Source: Haplodiscus bocki (Eukaryota). From it: a DNA stretch of 64,000 nt. Made by a program: the position numbers and the translations under genes. Positions 51,246-62,279 of the stretch are shown in pieces. Below the pieces are notes generated by a model. It searched no databases. It was not told the DNA's origin and saw only the letters and a list, made by a program, of their open reading frames with translations. The number at the start of each line of letters is the position of its first letter. The stretch's first letter is position 1. Where the stretch lies: contig OZ296659.1 of NCBI GenBank assembly GCA_965655095.1, positions 35,092,001-35,156,000 of the forward strand, in the 5' to 3' direction.

Positions 51246-52763
51246 CTAGTAGTTCAAGAAGAAATCTGGTAACCAAACAGCGAGTGTTCATGTCACAAAT
51301 GAAAATGGGTTCAGAGATACGGTTGGAATGAACGGAAACGCTTATGGGAACATGTTTCCCAATGAAGGTTGCGGAGTCTGTACGATTACGAGAATGATCG
51401 TGCACGGTGATTGACTCAAAAACGAAGACAACCAGGTTTTTGAATGAGTAGTTCTCCACCTCAATATCCAGGTTTCTCATCTCAAAGGCAGTTTAATTCA
51501 ATTGGTATGGGCCAGTAGGATAGCGACGGATTGGACGTTCACTACAGCTTCTAATATGTCTCTGAAAGTTGAAGGAGCGAGACCAAAACTTATCGCAATT
51601 ACGGCAACCATACTTTTTCAGGAAGTTGTCAATGTTCTTCGTCCAGCACATGTGATTGTCAAATTGCAGCAAAGATATGGTGCAAGAGGAAAAAATTGCT
51701 AACTGATGAGAGAGTTCATCTATTAGGTTCTGCTTTTCATCTAAGCAAATAGAATAAACTTGTAGGTTCATTTGCACGATCTGCTCAACATCATGAATTT
51801 CAATCGGTAAATCACCGGTGAGATTTTTGCAGTCCCTTCCGGTTTTTGAAAGAAACTCCGATACTAAATATTTTGTCGAAGCAACGAGACCATCGCTACC
51901 AAAATTTTCAAAGCAATTGCACGAAACAAACATAAATTATAATGATAAGCTTTTTTATCGGAGTCAGAGAGGAATGTTTTGACTAACGGATGTCTAAGAA
52001 GAGCTTGAGGTAGCAATGCGTTTTGACAACCAAGAGGTACATCTGCAAGATGGAAAACAAAAACCATGAAATTAGTTAACGTGGTGAATTTCAACTTGGA
52101 ATTTGGACGCTGAGATACACATTGGTTGAATAAATCTTTCTGCTCTATTTTGTTCTTCAATTTGTCAAGATCTTCTTCGTTTTCCAATGTTAAAGGGAGC
52201 TGGAAAAGAGGACTGTTGCCAGCCGGATAAAAGTATCTATATTCTTGTGTTTCAACAAGGTCATGGAGAACGAATCCCAAGGATAGATTGATTTTGACTG
52301 CACAGTTTAACTCATTGAAGATTTCGGTTAGCTTTTCGTCATTGAAAGTTGGACTGTATTCTGTTAAGCGAAAATTGTAAACAGTTTTTTTTCTAAACTC
52401 GAGTTTTGAGTCTACCAGAAAATGCTGCACAGAGCGTAGTTCCTGGAGGAAGTGTGGGTCAGAACATTGGAACGAATTCAAGTCAACGTTTTCGGGTGAA
52501 TCTCGTCGATTACAACCATGAGCAACGCGTTTGTGATAGCTGAGTCTATTAAGGGTTAAAAAAGGAAGGTCGCATAGAGTACATTGAAAGTTTGCCTTTG
52601 ATAATCTCATGGAATGTTTGCCTACCGAATGACAAGCCAATTTTTTAGATGTGGCGAATGATGCAGTGCACTCCGTGCAGGCGAATTAATGAGATTTGTG
52701 ACACACAAAATTGGATTTTTCGAACCATTTGGAACAAACAATACACAGTTTTTTGTCAGACAT
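51245..52763 (-). pseudogene. Protein-primed DNA polymerase B, N-terminal part only (zinc fingers, terminal-protein-like region, ExoI)
   Basis: C2H2-like fingers (CIVC.., CTEC..H..H, CTLC..H..H), 'KINLSLGFVL....EYRYFYP', 'RPNSK', 'YNLCLFRAIA', 'HMCW...YGCRNC...FQRHIRSC', ExoI-like 'VVFVFESI' (DFES), 'HVPISVSV'; frameshifted, truncated at ~51245. Confidence 0.8.
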
Positions 52764-52832
52764 TATTGGAGTGAGGAGGATAGATCAGAGATAGTTCGCA
52801 GGAATTCTTGGCGCTTTTCTAATTTAGGAAAT

Positions 52833-53356
52833 TTAACTAATTTTCATCAATAAATCGGCTGTTGGACCTGATTGAGAAAGAGAAAGTTCACTCTGCCTGC
52901 AGAAAGTCCGTTTTGTTCTGAATTTTTTCCGTAGGAGTCGTTTTTTCGTGAACCTCAGATTTGTGAAGACTGGACATTGAGAGATCTGTTGAAATCGATA
53001 TCTGATAAAAGTTTTTGGAACATGAAACCTTGAATTTGTATAATACAAGGGAAATCATTTTTGAATGTGGTGAATAAGCAATCAACGATTTGGTATAAGA
53101 AATGGCAATTCCGATAAATACTGAAAGAAGACAAATCGATTGATTCGTCGTGAAAAAGGAGATGGTAATGACAATTTGGGACTTTGCAAAAGTCAGCACG
53201 ATGTTCAGAGACAGCGAATTGTTTGAAAAAATGAAGACTCGAAGGAAATTTTGGTAGGCAAATAAGCAAAGAGTTTGTTATACTTTTCGAAGAATGAAGG
53301 AAAGAGGTCCAAACTCCCACGTGGGATACTAAATTTTGAGTTTTCGACTGTTTCAC
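52833..53356 (-). pseudogene. Maverick ORF of unknown function (Cys/His-containing), frameshifted
   Basis: Overlapping ORFs 52955-53356, 52888-53199 and 52833-53048 between polB and the protease; CxxxxC and CxF motifs. Confidence 0.35.
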
Positions 53357-53676
53357 TTTAACGTAGCTTTGAAAATGGATTTTTCACTCGAATTTTAACT
53401 TATGTTCTAATTAACTGCAAAATGGAGACTGCATCAATTTCTCGAAGAATATCATTCGTTGAGAAATAAATTATGTAAATTTTGTTCACAATTTTGCAGT
53501 CAATTGGGATTTTTGCCGCACATTCGCAAGGTGGCGTCTTCGCACAACATCATTTGCAACGAGTAATCCGATTGGTTGACAGTTAATTTATGTAGATTTT
53601 ATTCAATATTTGAAAATTTGAATTTCTTCAGGCCTGAGGAGACATTAGCTCGTATAACAACAGCTGCTGCAAACGA

Positions 53677-54566
53677 ATGAAATTATTGACAATTGAATCT
53701 CACTGCAAGAAACATATAAATTTGTTATCCATTTTGGAATTCGTTTACTTTTCACTCCAAATTCTTTTTTTATCTGGATTCCATTTCTATTCATTCTCCA
53801 ATTCCTTTCAATCTGCAGAGAAAATGCCAGTTTGTAAGGTACAGATAGACGAGTTTCGTGAGCGAATTTTGTACTTCTTCCTGAATCCAGACAGCAGCAA
53901 AGTTTATTTTCTGGGGCAATCGTTGAGACAGACAGTGATATTGTCAAAAACTGTGTGATACCAGAAACTTTATTCCATATGCAACATACTTGGTTGGGAT
54001 CCCGTTTCAGTCATAATCTGATGAATGGATCGTCGGTGCATGTAAATTCCGACGTAGTCTTTACCACGTATTATGCGAACGCAAATCTTCAGCCCGCCTA
54101 CCAAATGTATATAGTGGATGATGTTGCAAGCTAATGTTTGTAATGAGGCAAAAACTTGTAGCCTTCCAACTCTCTCGAAAAGAAGTTCGACCAAACTTCG
54201 AGCATGAACGTCAGGAAAGAGAAGCAGTATAAATTTTTTGGAGAGTGGATGCTAATGACCTGGAAATCGGTAGTCCTTCCATTTTCCCCGAGGAGGTAAC
54301 CAACAACTGCGGTCCTGGCTACGGACCTCCCTTGGGTGAAAACTGGCCGAACAGTCATGATGAACAAGCCAAGGTGCTGGTTCCGGGAACACCGGAACAA
54401 TCTATGCCTACCAACCAAACACTTCCAACAACGCCAATTCTCAGAGGCAGTAGCGATCGCACTCGGTTTCCTCAGGCTCCTCGTCGAAATCGAACAGAAG
54501 AAGCTTCAAGAAGAATTTCGTTTGAAGAGACGTGGGATTTTTGATTTTTCTCCTCATAACTTATGA
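53677..54566 (+). pseudogene. Plus-strand Maverick accessory ORF(s) of unknown function
   Basis: ORFs 53677-53958 and 54245-54544 (Pro-rich) with coding-like sequence between; convergent with the protease. Confidence 0.35.
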
Positions 54567-54759
54567 TAAAATGAGACTATTTTTTATTGAAGTTGTTATG
54601 TATCCAGTTTCACAAAGTGAATTCAATTTTTGTTGAGAATTTTCTTTCTACTTTTGTTTTCTTTACATAAGAATTCAAAAGACGAACTTTTATTGAGGAG
54701 ACAAAAATTTCAAAACAAACATACAAATTTTTCCATTGTTACGTAGATATACATTCTAG

Positions 54760-55153
54760 AGTGTCTCCGCAAAGAAACGTAAGATAAAGTTGGCATCACA
54801 TTGTGAAAGTTTGAAAACAGCGAAAATGCGGAACAAATACAATATAGGCCTTAAAAAGGTTCTCTTTGTAATTCTACACGATTCAGAACCTTGAGAGCAT
54901 CGAATTGATTCAAAACTATGTTGCGATGAAACATCGGCTCATTCCGAAGTGAGTGTCCAACATAAACAATTCCATCTTTCTTGGCTACCATTACCCAATG
55001 TGAACCGGGTCTTTTACTGCTTCCGGTGTTGCATATAAAAATCGAATCTGCAGGAAGAATTTCGGGAATCATATCAGCAGGGAGGGATCCTATATACTTG
55101 TGTTTCAGAATTCCAATGCTGGAAATTATTTTAGGAAGTTGATCATTATCCTT
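54760..55153 (-). pseudogene. Adenain-like cysteine protease (Maverick PRO)
   Basis: 'KYIGSLPAD', 'FICNTGSSKRPGSHWV' (NT.....GxHW), 'LQREPF*GLYC' (Q....CG.YC, catalytic Cys codon lost). Confidence 0.85.
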
Positions 55154-56358
55154 TTACCACAATAGTCCCAGTTTTGTCAATGAAAATAGCCGAAAGCCGC
55201 TCTTTCTGTCGCTGAAGGAAGAGGTGAAGTAAAATACAATTCCATTCTCATACTGGCTGCGACAACGTCAGGTTAATAAATCTGAGCATTTGCTTCTTGA
55301 GTAGTGAGATCAAACACTTGAACGAAGTGCTCAGGGTAATCTTCCAGAGGGATGCCAGGACCATCTTCATCAAACATTAAAGCTCTCATGGTAGTGATGT
55401 AGGACTGTACATTATCTGTGGTATCCAAATCCACAACAACGTGACTACCTCAAACTATCCGAATTGATCGTAGATTAAATTTTTGGTAATGGAAAGGGTT
55501 AGTTTTGAGTGAACCAGTGAACGCCGTGTTGGTGTTCAAAGCAATCGCCAATCGTCTTATGGGAGCGTTGAAGATGTTTTCATGAATGTATTGATTCTGT
55601 CCATTAGGTATTCCAAATGTTTTCGCTAACACTTCGGAGAAATTATACCGAGCTGGACGAAGTTGCAACGAGCTATGCAAGTCTTTGTAAATGCGATCCT
55701 CCATTACAACTTGTTGTGGAAAGAGAGACGCTTGGAGAATGGAACATCAGAATTTTTTGTTCCGATTGGTGATGATGTACATATTTGGTCTGGAGCGAAA
55801 CAATCGTAAGCAAATTTTGACGTTGGGGAGTAAGAAGTTACCGCAAGTGAAAACATCAATGGATAACTTCTCATATAAGCAAATTTCCTCAATTTTCTTT
55901 GCTTTACGAGAGAGGAAGGGTTCGTCTCCAAACGATGCCGGTTCTTTCTCGTACGTATAACCTTGATATGAGCAAATAGAACTCATGGTCCCTTTCGTAT
56001 TAGACAATTGATGAACGCTTTGAGAGCACAGAATCCATTGGAAGTATAAACTTGTTCGTTATTAAAATAAACCTCACAATTTGAGAAGAGAGTGCATTGT
56101 AATATTGGTGAAAGTATCACATCATCAGCAGCTTCCAATGTTACGTTTCCTTCATTAAGTTTAACTTTCGAAAATAGGAAAGTTTCCTGCAAGTCTATCA
56201 TCATGTTTCTGTCCGATTCGAACTGGAAATCCAGAGAAGATTCATCAAGGAATTCATGGGATAATATTTTCATGTATTGGAACGTTCAATTGGTTCATAA
56301 TTGGTAGTCTATCGAATAGTTCCAGGGAAGAGTGTGTCATTGCTCGAGCAGTTGACAT
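55150..56358 (-). pseudogene. Major capsid protein (double jelly-roll, hexon-like)
   Basis: 'SSLELFDRLP', 'LDFQF....MIDLQETFLFSKVKL', 'LFSNCEVYFNN', 'LSIDVFTCGNFLLPNVKICLRL', 'NIFNAPIRRLAIAL..N.AFTGSLKTNPFHYQKFNL', 'FDLT'; frameshifted. Confidence 0.85.
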
Positions 56359-56364
56359 GACTAG

Positions 56365-56721
56365 GATATGTTTTTGAAAAAACCCCCGACTACGCCGTTG
56401 GTTTTTTCTTGATTTAATGACTTGGATCGTTTCTCGCTTTTTTTGATTGCTTTCTTTCCCTCCTCCTAGCCGCTTTCTCACGGTTCTCTTTGCAGTCCGT
56501 TTAGTTGCCTTCTTGATCGAGGATCTGCCAGTGATCACTTCCCCCAGTTCCGGAAGAGCAGCCTCTAATGCATCCTTCCCTAGTTTCTTTGCAGTGGATA
56601 GAACATATTCCCGAAAAAGAGCAAAAGCTGTTCTTGCAATTTTACCGGCTAAAGCTCCCAACCCCCTTCCTCTTTGTCGACGTGTACTTTTAAAATATTC
56701 GAGGTTTGTATAACCAGCCAT
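56365..56721 (-). CDS. Basic core/DNA-condensing protein (adenovirus pVII/pX-like Maverick protein)
   Basis: 'RRQRGRGLGALAG..R...L....K.LGK..L', K/R-rich, 'RLGGG'; the current ORF reads through into the MCP N-terminus (to 56254). Confidence 0.7.
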
Positions 56722-56768
56722 TCAGTGGGAGTGTTCGAAAGAAAATGAATTGAAAAGTAGCAGTGTCA

Positions 56769-57565
56769 CTATTTCTGCATCCTCCTGAAAAGGAGAGATA
56801 AGTGGGTGTATCCAAGTGATAAAAAAGGAAGTAGTTCTCCGTTGTGTGATCTCAAATCAATAGATATTGAATGAAATGAGTGTTTGAGGACTCTCCAAAA
56901 TTCAGGATTGTTGAAAGATTTGGATTTTGGTCCTTGTGTGGTTTCAAAAGGAGGTTTATCAATTGGAAAACTTTTCAACACAGGAGGTTTCGCATCTCCC
57001 AAAATTGTATTATCGATAAAAATCAGTATAAACAATTATTGCATGGAATCGTTGAATATCATGAACAAACGGAGAAGTTGAAAAATTATTATCAATCTCT
57101 AGGCTCTCATCTGAAGGCATGAAGCCAAAAATATGTCGTTAACCTCGACTGTCCAAAAATATTTTCACACCAGGCATCGTTTTGATCAAGATTCGTTGAC
57201 TAATGGTATCAACTCAAAATCAAGAAAGTTGCATTCCATTTTGTGGAGGTTGCGAAAACGCCAGCCAGCGAACACCTTTGCGAACATAGAGGAGGAGACA
57301 AAAGATTTTATTGTTGGGTAGTAGCCAGGCGAATGTTTGTAAGTTTCTGAATCTATAACTTTCCCTTCTTTTGTGACAATAATTTCAAAACTTCCTTCCG
57401 TGATATTAGAAAACTTCGAGAAAAACAGATTTCAGTCAGAGCCACTTCCCATTCACCCTCCAGATATATTTGATAGGGTAAGAAGTTCGTGAAGTCTGCA
57501 ATTGTGTTCTGAGGGTAAAGTCTGGACGACGCGGAGGAATGCAACTCAACACTAAAGGTTTCCAT
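56769..57565 (-). pseudogene. Minor capsid protein (penton, single jelly-roll)
   Basis: 'FSVELHSSASSRLYPQNTIADFTNFLP..IYLEGEWEVALTEI' and C-terminal 'ILGDAKPPVLKSF...FHSISIDLRSHNGELLPF....LLFR'. Confidence 0.88.
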
Positions 57566-57584
57566 CGCTGAATGATTGAACTAA

Positions 57585-58529
57585 TTAAAAAGGAAGACTT
57601 TGTTTGGAAAGTTCTTCCGGATAAAACTTGCCGAAGATTTTGTCCCCATTCAGCTCTTCCAGTTCATACGAAAGTCTAGGTGTTGTTGTTTTGATGTCTA
57701 TAGCTTTGAAGATCTCGTCAGTCAACTGAGGTTTATATCCCTCAGAGAACGCAGTGGAAACTTTCGCGATATGAAAAAATTCTCCTACTTTCAATGAAGG
57801 ATGTCTGTTAGTTTTCATCGACTCTGTATAAAATTGTCATGAAGTCCCCATTTTGTACTTTCTCAGGTCGTAAACCTGTGAATCGGTTGAGGCGAATGTT
57901 AAGAGTTCTCGTAAAGTTTCGAACTTCCGGAAGATAGCAATCGGTTCTTCTTTCTTCCAGATACTTGTAATCAGAGACTTCAGAGATCTGATGGCACGTT
58001 CAGCGAAACAAACTTTAGTCTCGCTGAAAGTATGGTATATGTGAATTCCAGCATCTGGACAGAAATCTCAAAAATCTACAAAAAATTCCTTCCCTCTATC
58101 GACTCACAATTTTTTCGGAGACATAAGGTTCTTACCTTGGTCCGAACACATACGGATGGGAGCTGCTCTGGTGGTTCCTGCGTTCGTATTCATCGGTTGT
58201 AAATGGACAAAGCGAGAGAATACTTCCAAAGATACCATGAGAAACTTCGTGTCGGAATTCCAAGAAGAAAGTTTGTCAACTTGTGCTAAGTCCATACACC
58301 ATATATCATTGATAAAACGTGCTTCAACTTGTAGTCTTGGAAAATTACGTCGTCGATTTCTGAATTTCGTATAGGATGGTTTACTCAGGAGGAACTGACT
58401 GACTTTTACACGAGGTAGACCACTCAATTTAACTACATTATTCAATGATCCAAAAGCTGCTGGTCCACTCCTGTACAGTTTAATCAACTTGAGTCTTTCA
58501 GAAAGAGAAAGATAGCCAACTGTTGTCAT
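57585..58529 (-). pseudogene. Maverick retroviral-like (rve) integrase
   Basis: 'LYRSGPAAFGS', 'RRNFPR...INDIWCMDL', 'EVFSRF', 'VDRGKEF', 'KVCFAERAIRSL', 'KVGE...FSEGYKPQLTDEIF...YEL.ELNGDKI.GKFYPEEL'; frameshifted. Confidence 0.9.
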
Positions 58530-59001
58530 CGTCTGTTAAAGCTACAGTGTTAGACATGTAGCTCTGTGGAAAGTTCAGAGTGTACAGTATTATGGAACAC
58601 TTTGGATCAAAGCTCCCATTTCTTCGTTTCAAGTTGTGAATAAAATCCCGTTCATGCACTTCAGTTTCAACGTTGTCCACAACATTTGTTTTATTGAGGG
58701 AGAAAGTTATAGCTTTGTTTTCAAAAAGTTCGGAAAGGATTTTCTTGGCATTCGAATCTTTCCTAAATTCATTGAGAAGGTCTTCTTTCAGCCGTTTATT
58801 CTGTGTCGGTGGATCACCGTCTTTCCTATTTTGTTTCAAAGGTTTAATTAAGTTCTTTCCAATATAGCTGGGGTCAATCGGTTGCTTGCGTTTGAAGAAG
58901 CGAATCCTAGCGTCCTCAGGCTCAGTGTCAATTGAAGGAAGTTGTAATGTTCCCTGTTCCCATAGGTGGAGTGGAATTAGTACAAACTTATTGTTTTCCA
59001 T
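58498..59001 (-). CDS. Conserved Maverick protein upstream of integrase (unknown function), 167 aa
   Basis: Open ORF with the typical 'KFVLIP' N-terminus, between ATPase and integrase. Confidence 0.6.
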   Translation of the reverse strand: MENNKFVLIPLHLWEQGTLQLPSIDTEPEDARIRFFKRKQPIDPSYIGKNLIKPLKQNRKDGDPPTQNKRLKEDLLNEFRKDSNAKKILSELFENKAITFSLNKTNVVDNVETEVHERDFIHNLKRRNGSFDPKCSIILYTLNFPQSYMSNTVALTDDDNSWLSFSF

Positions 59002-59216
59002 GTTCTATCGATTCTGAGAGTTTTCTTAATACAGCTTTACCAACAAGGTTCAGGAGGTAGAGTCCTTTTTGGGAAACCAGTAGGAAACGGCGGGCTTTAC
59101 AAGATGTGTTTTTCGAAATCAGCTTTCTGATGAGGTTTTGCAACCGATGAAGTTTAGTCTTCTCAACAACTTTGAGATTTCTCTGTAAGAGATTTTAACA
59201 ACACTCTCAGAGAAAT
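59002..59216 (-). pseudogene. Small basic Maverick ORF after the ATPase
   Basis: 'KLISKNTSCKARRFLLVSQKGLYLLNL' resembles the small K/R-rich Polinton protein (..kr..L.Q.G..l). Confidence 0.4.
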
Positions 59217-59961
59217 CTAAGGAAATCTTTGGAAAAAAATTTCAAGAAAATCCACTGAAATTGAGTGCTGGAAGTTGGAAAGAGCTCTAGAGTAAAGTAG
59301 TCCAGATTTTTGATCATTCATCTGCGTTACTCTTGACCTACTGCTCGGTAAAAAGAATTTAGTCGGAAATGAAGTAACATCTGTAGAGTAACGCAAAAGA
59401 TCGTTTGTTTTGGGTGATAAATCAATCATTAAATGCCCATTTGGAAGCGATGTAGCATGAGCATACCACTTCCGTAGAGTGTTCCCCAATCCAAGTTGTT
59501 TTCCCAGTAAATCAATTTGTTGAACATCGCGTGGTGACTTGAAGAGCACAATGTGTGTATTTTGCAACTCAGTGTCCCTCCCATTTGCACTTTTATGAAA
59601 CAAATTATGTTTTATATACATACAACTGAGTTTCCGATGTCTTCCTGCAATAGCTAGTTTCTCGAATTGTTTAGATCTAGAAATTTCATCACAAGAGCCG
59701 TCGAAAATGAGTATAGTTTGTTCCATCATTCGGAAGGTTCTCGAAGTCAAAGTCCAGACTGCCAGTGAATTCAATATTGCGTATTTTTTTTTGCATTTCA
59801 CCGTACAGTTTCTGGAAGTATTGATAAAATTAGAAAATTTTGGCGAAAGCTGGGACAAAAGCTCGCTTTTTCATTTGGAAAATTAAATGTGATTTTCCAG
59901 ATGCTGCTGGTCCAACCCTGGACATGAACACTCGATCTTCTTTTGGGATAATTTTGTTCAT
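59217..59961 (-). pseudogene. A32/FtsK-like DNA packaging ATPase
   Basis: Walker A 'VGPAASGKS' in the frame starting at ATG 59961; Walker B 'ILIFDGS'; 'GRHRKLSCMYIKHNLF', 'NTHIVLFKSPRD..QI', 'GHLMIDL.PKT..LLRY'; stop and frameshift near the 5' end. Confidence 0.9.
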
Positions 59962-60236
59962 TTTTGAACCAATATCTTGGAATAGGAAGAAGAAAACCCA
60001 CCACACTCGATAACAGCGCTACCCAAACAGTTCTTTCCTCGCAAGTTCTGGAAAGAACAACAAACTACGGAAGTAAGGATCAGAATAAAAACTAAAAGAC
60101 TTTGAAATATAAGTAAACTCACTGATCGAGAACACTTCCGTCCACATACGCTCCAAGGCGGACGTTCTTCGCTAACAGCGTTGAAAACTATCTCTTCAGC
60201 AAGATTTTTTGAAAGTCGATTCGACAGTTTTTGCAT
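59958..60236 (-). pseudogene. Small putative membrane protein of the Maverick
   Basis: 'WSVCGRKCSRS' followed by hydrophobic 'LLIFQSLLVFILILTSVVC'; a second hydrophobic segment 'VGFLLPIP' lies in another frame. Confidence 0.45.
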
Positions 60237-60293
60237 ACTTAGCGATAGTGTCCGACTGAAATTTATCTTTGTTCATTTGAAAATGACTTGAAC

Positions 60294-62200
60294 TTATTCT
60301 CGGTCTTGGTAAGAACATACATCGAATGATTTGAAAAAATTACGATCACCAACTTTCAGGAAGCAACAGTAGAATACGCCCGTGATATGTCCAAGGATGC
60401 CTGTGTTCAATAGTTCGGGAGAGTGTGTTCCCATTACGTAAATGTAACCGGGTCCGTCATTAGAGTTTCTCTTCATAAAACCAGAAGCATTGTGAAGCAC
60501 CGCCTGCATCCGTAAAAATTTTGAGAAAGAATACGTTCGAGTCGAGAGTCATCCACTCCAATCAGACCACCGAAAGGAGACTTCACGTTAACACCATACA
60601 AGTCAATATGAGGATTGATACATTTACAAGCAGCGAAGAAGTAATTTTGCTTTTGGAAATTTTAGTAAACGTTGGATCTTAAGTAAATTCCTTCTCCAAT
60701 GAAGGAATGTCCTGTACACGCATTATAAAACAGATTCGATCAATATTCGGAGGGATTGTCATTGAACTCAGTCGCACTCACCCTTCCTGCAAATTCACGA
60801 ACCGTGGTCGATTCTGCAGAGGAAAGAAGTGCAATTTTTTAGGTGATAAACCTTACACGACTGTAAGTGAGCAAACATATACGATACTGAGACAACTTTG
60901 GATAAAAATCTATCGTCAACTTTCTTTTTCCGTTTCTAATAATGAATGAACGACAATCGTTTGCTTTATGGAAATCAGGTAACGATATCAATTCCAGCGA
61001 AGTTGGTTTTATTAGTGTCCCGCAACTACTTTTTTGGTATCCTTTGATTTCGATATGTCCTCCACTATGGCCTATACTGAAATCAATTTCTGTTAGTTCA
61101 TTTGGTATCATAATTTTTGAGATCTGAAATGAAGAAGAATTTCACAAGTTTAATTGATTTGGAAGAATGTGACAATAAACAAACATCAATTCCAAGTATT
61201 GAGAAAGAAAACTATTACACATGACTTGAAGGAAGAGAGGTAGATATAGTCAGTTTTCTGTTATTCTGTAAAGTTTCCCACACTAAAATCTCCATTATCT
61301 CCACGTGAGTTTTTCGATCTCTGATGTTTACAACTCTTCCACGTTTGAAGCTGTCTGCAACTCCCGATTATAAGAAGAGTTTCAATTGAATAAATGAACG
61401 ATTGAAATTTCCTCTATCATATGCACTGAAAGATGCACATACTTTTCATCTGATTGTTTCGCATAACTCCCAGAACTTGTCACAAGTTTCTCGGTCCTCC
61501 ACAGGGGTTGGATACTTTGCCAATTGGAATTGTCTTGTTGTACCCATTTCCTCCCTCTTCAAGGACTCTTGCGATTCCAGAAAGGTCAAGAACCAATTCT
61601 TGGCTTCACCAGGAACTTCATCAACAGAAGATAGAACTCTCCGCATTTCCCAAATCGAAAGAATTATCAACTGATGAAACTTCATCTGTCAAATATTCTC
61701 TTTGAACCAAATTTCCACATGAACCCAATTAGTTGGAGCGTTCCCTGAAACTTCAACCTTGGGAAGTGAAATTCTCAAAACTCTTACTGGTACACAGGAA
61801 AACTCCCAGCATTTTTGTGATGACTCTGCATCTGCTAAAAATCCCTTCTGACGATAATTGTTCAGCACAGAAGTTCCAAATGTTGTCTTGACTTCAGTAT
61901 TATCCATCAAGGAGGAAATTGTCGCTGAGTTTTCACTCAAGAGGTCCTCGAAGCATTGAAACAAATTGGTAGAATAGTTTGGAGAGTTGTTCGGAATTGT
62001 AGCACTCGAGAAGTCTACTGATGATGGTTCCGGATTTTCTTTATTTGCTCGTCGTTCGTTTTCCTTGTTTTTCTATGAATTTTTAAGTTTCCTTCTCATT
62101 ATCAAATTCAACTTTTCAAGTTTCCAGTGAAGATAGAACAATTTTGTTTCTGTAAGTTTTCAGCTCGTAAAGAATAACAAAAGTCCTGGAAGAGAAAGTC
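60294..62200 (-). pseudogene. Cluster of decayed Maverick accessory ORFs of unknown function
   Basis: Co-oriented fragments 61689-61964 + 61446-61685, 60839-61111 and 60294-60509 inside the TIRs. Confidence 0.4.
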
Positions 62201-62279
62201 TTCGTGCAACCAATGGAGTCGCGATTTGCTTTTCTCAACAGCGACACGTCAACGATTCCGATCGGGTGTAACGACCGTA

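Noticed and set aside
50546-51249. Phe-rich (minus) and Lys-rich (plus) ORFs up to 175 aa
   Set aside because: Artefacts of translating an A-tract low-complexity array; open in several frames at once
51248-51253. AGTAGT at the polB/A-tract junction as an internal Maverick terminus
   Set aside because: Not followed by TIR sequence; explained by polB codons (ELL) on the minus strand
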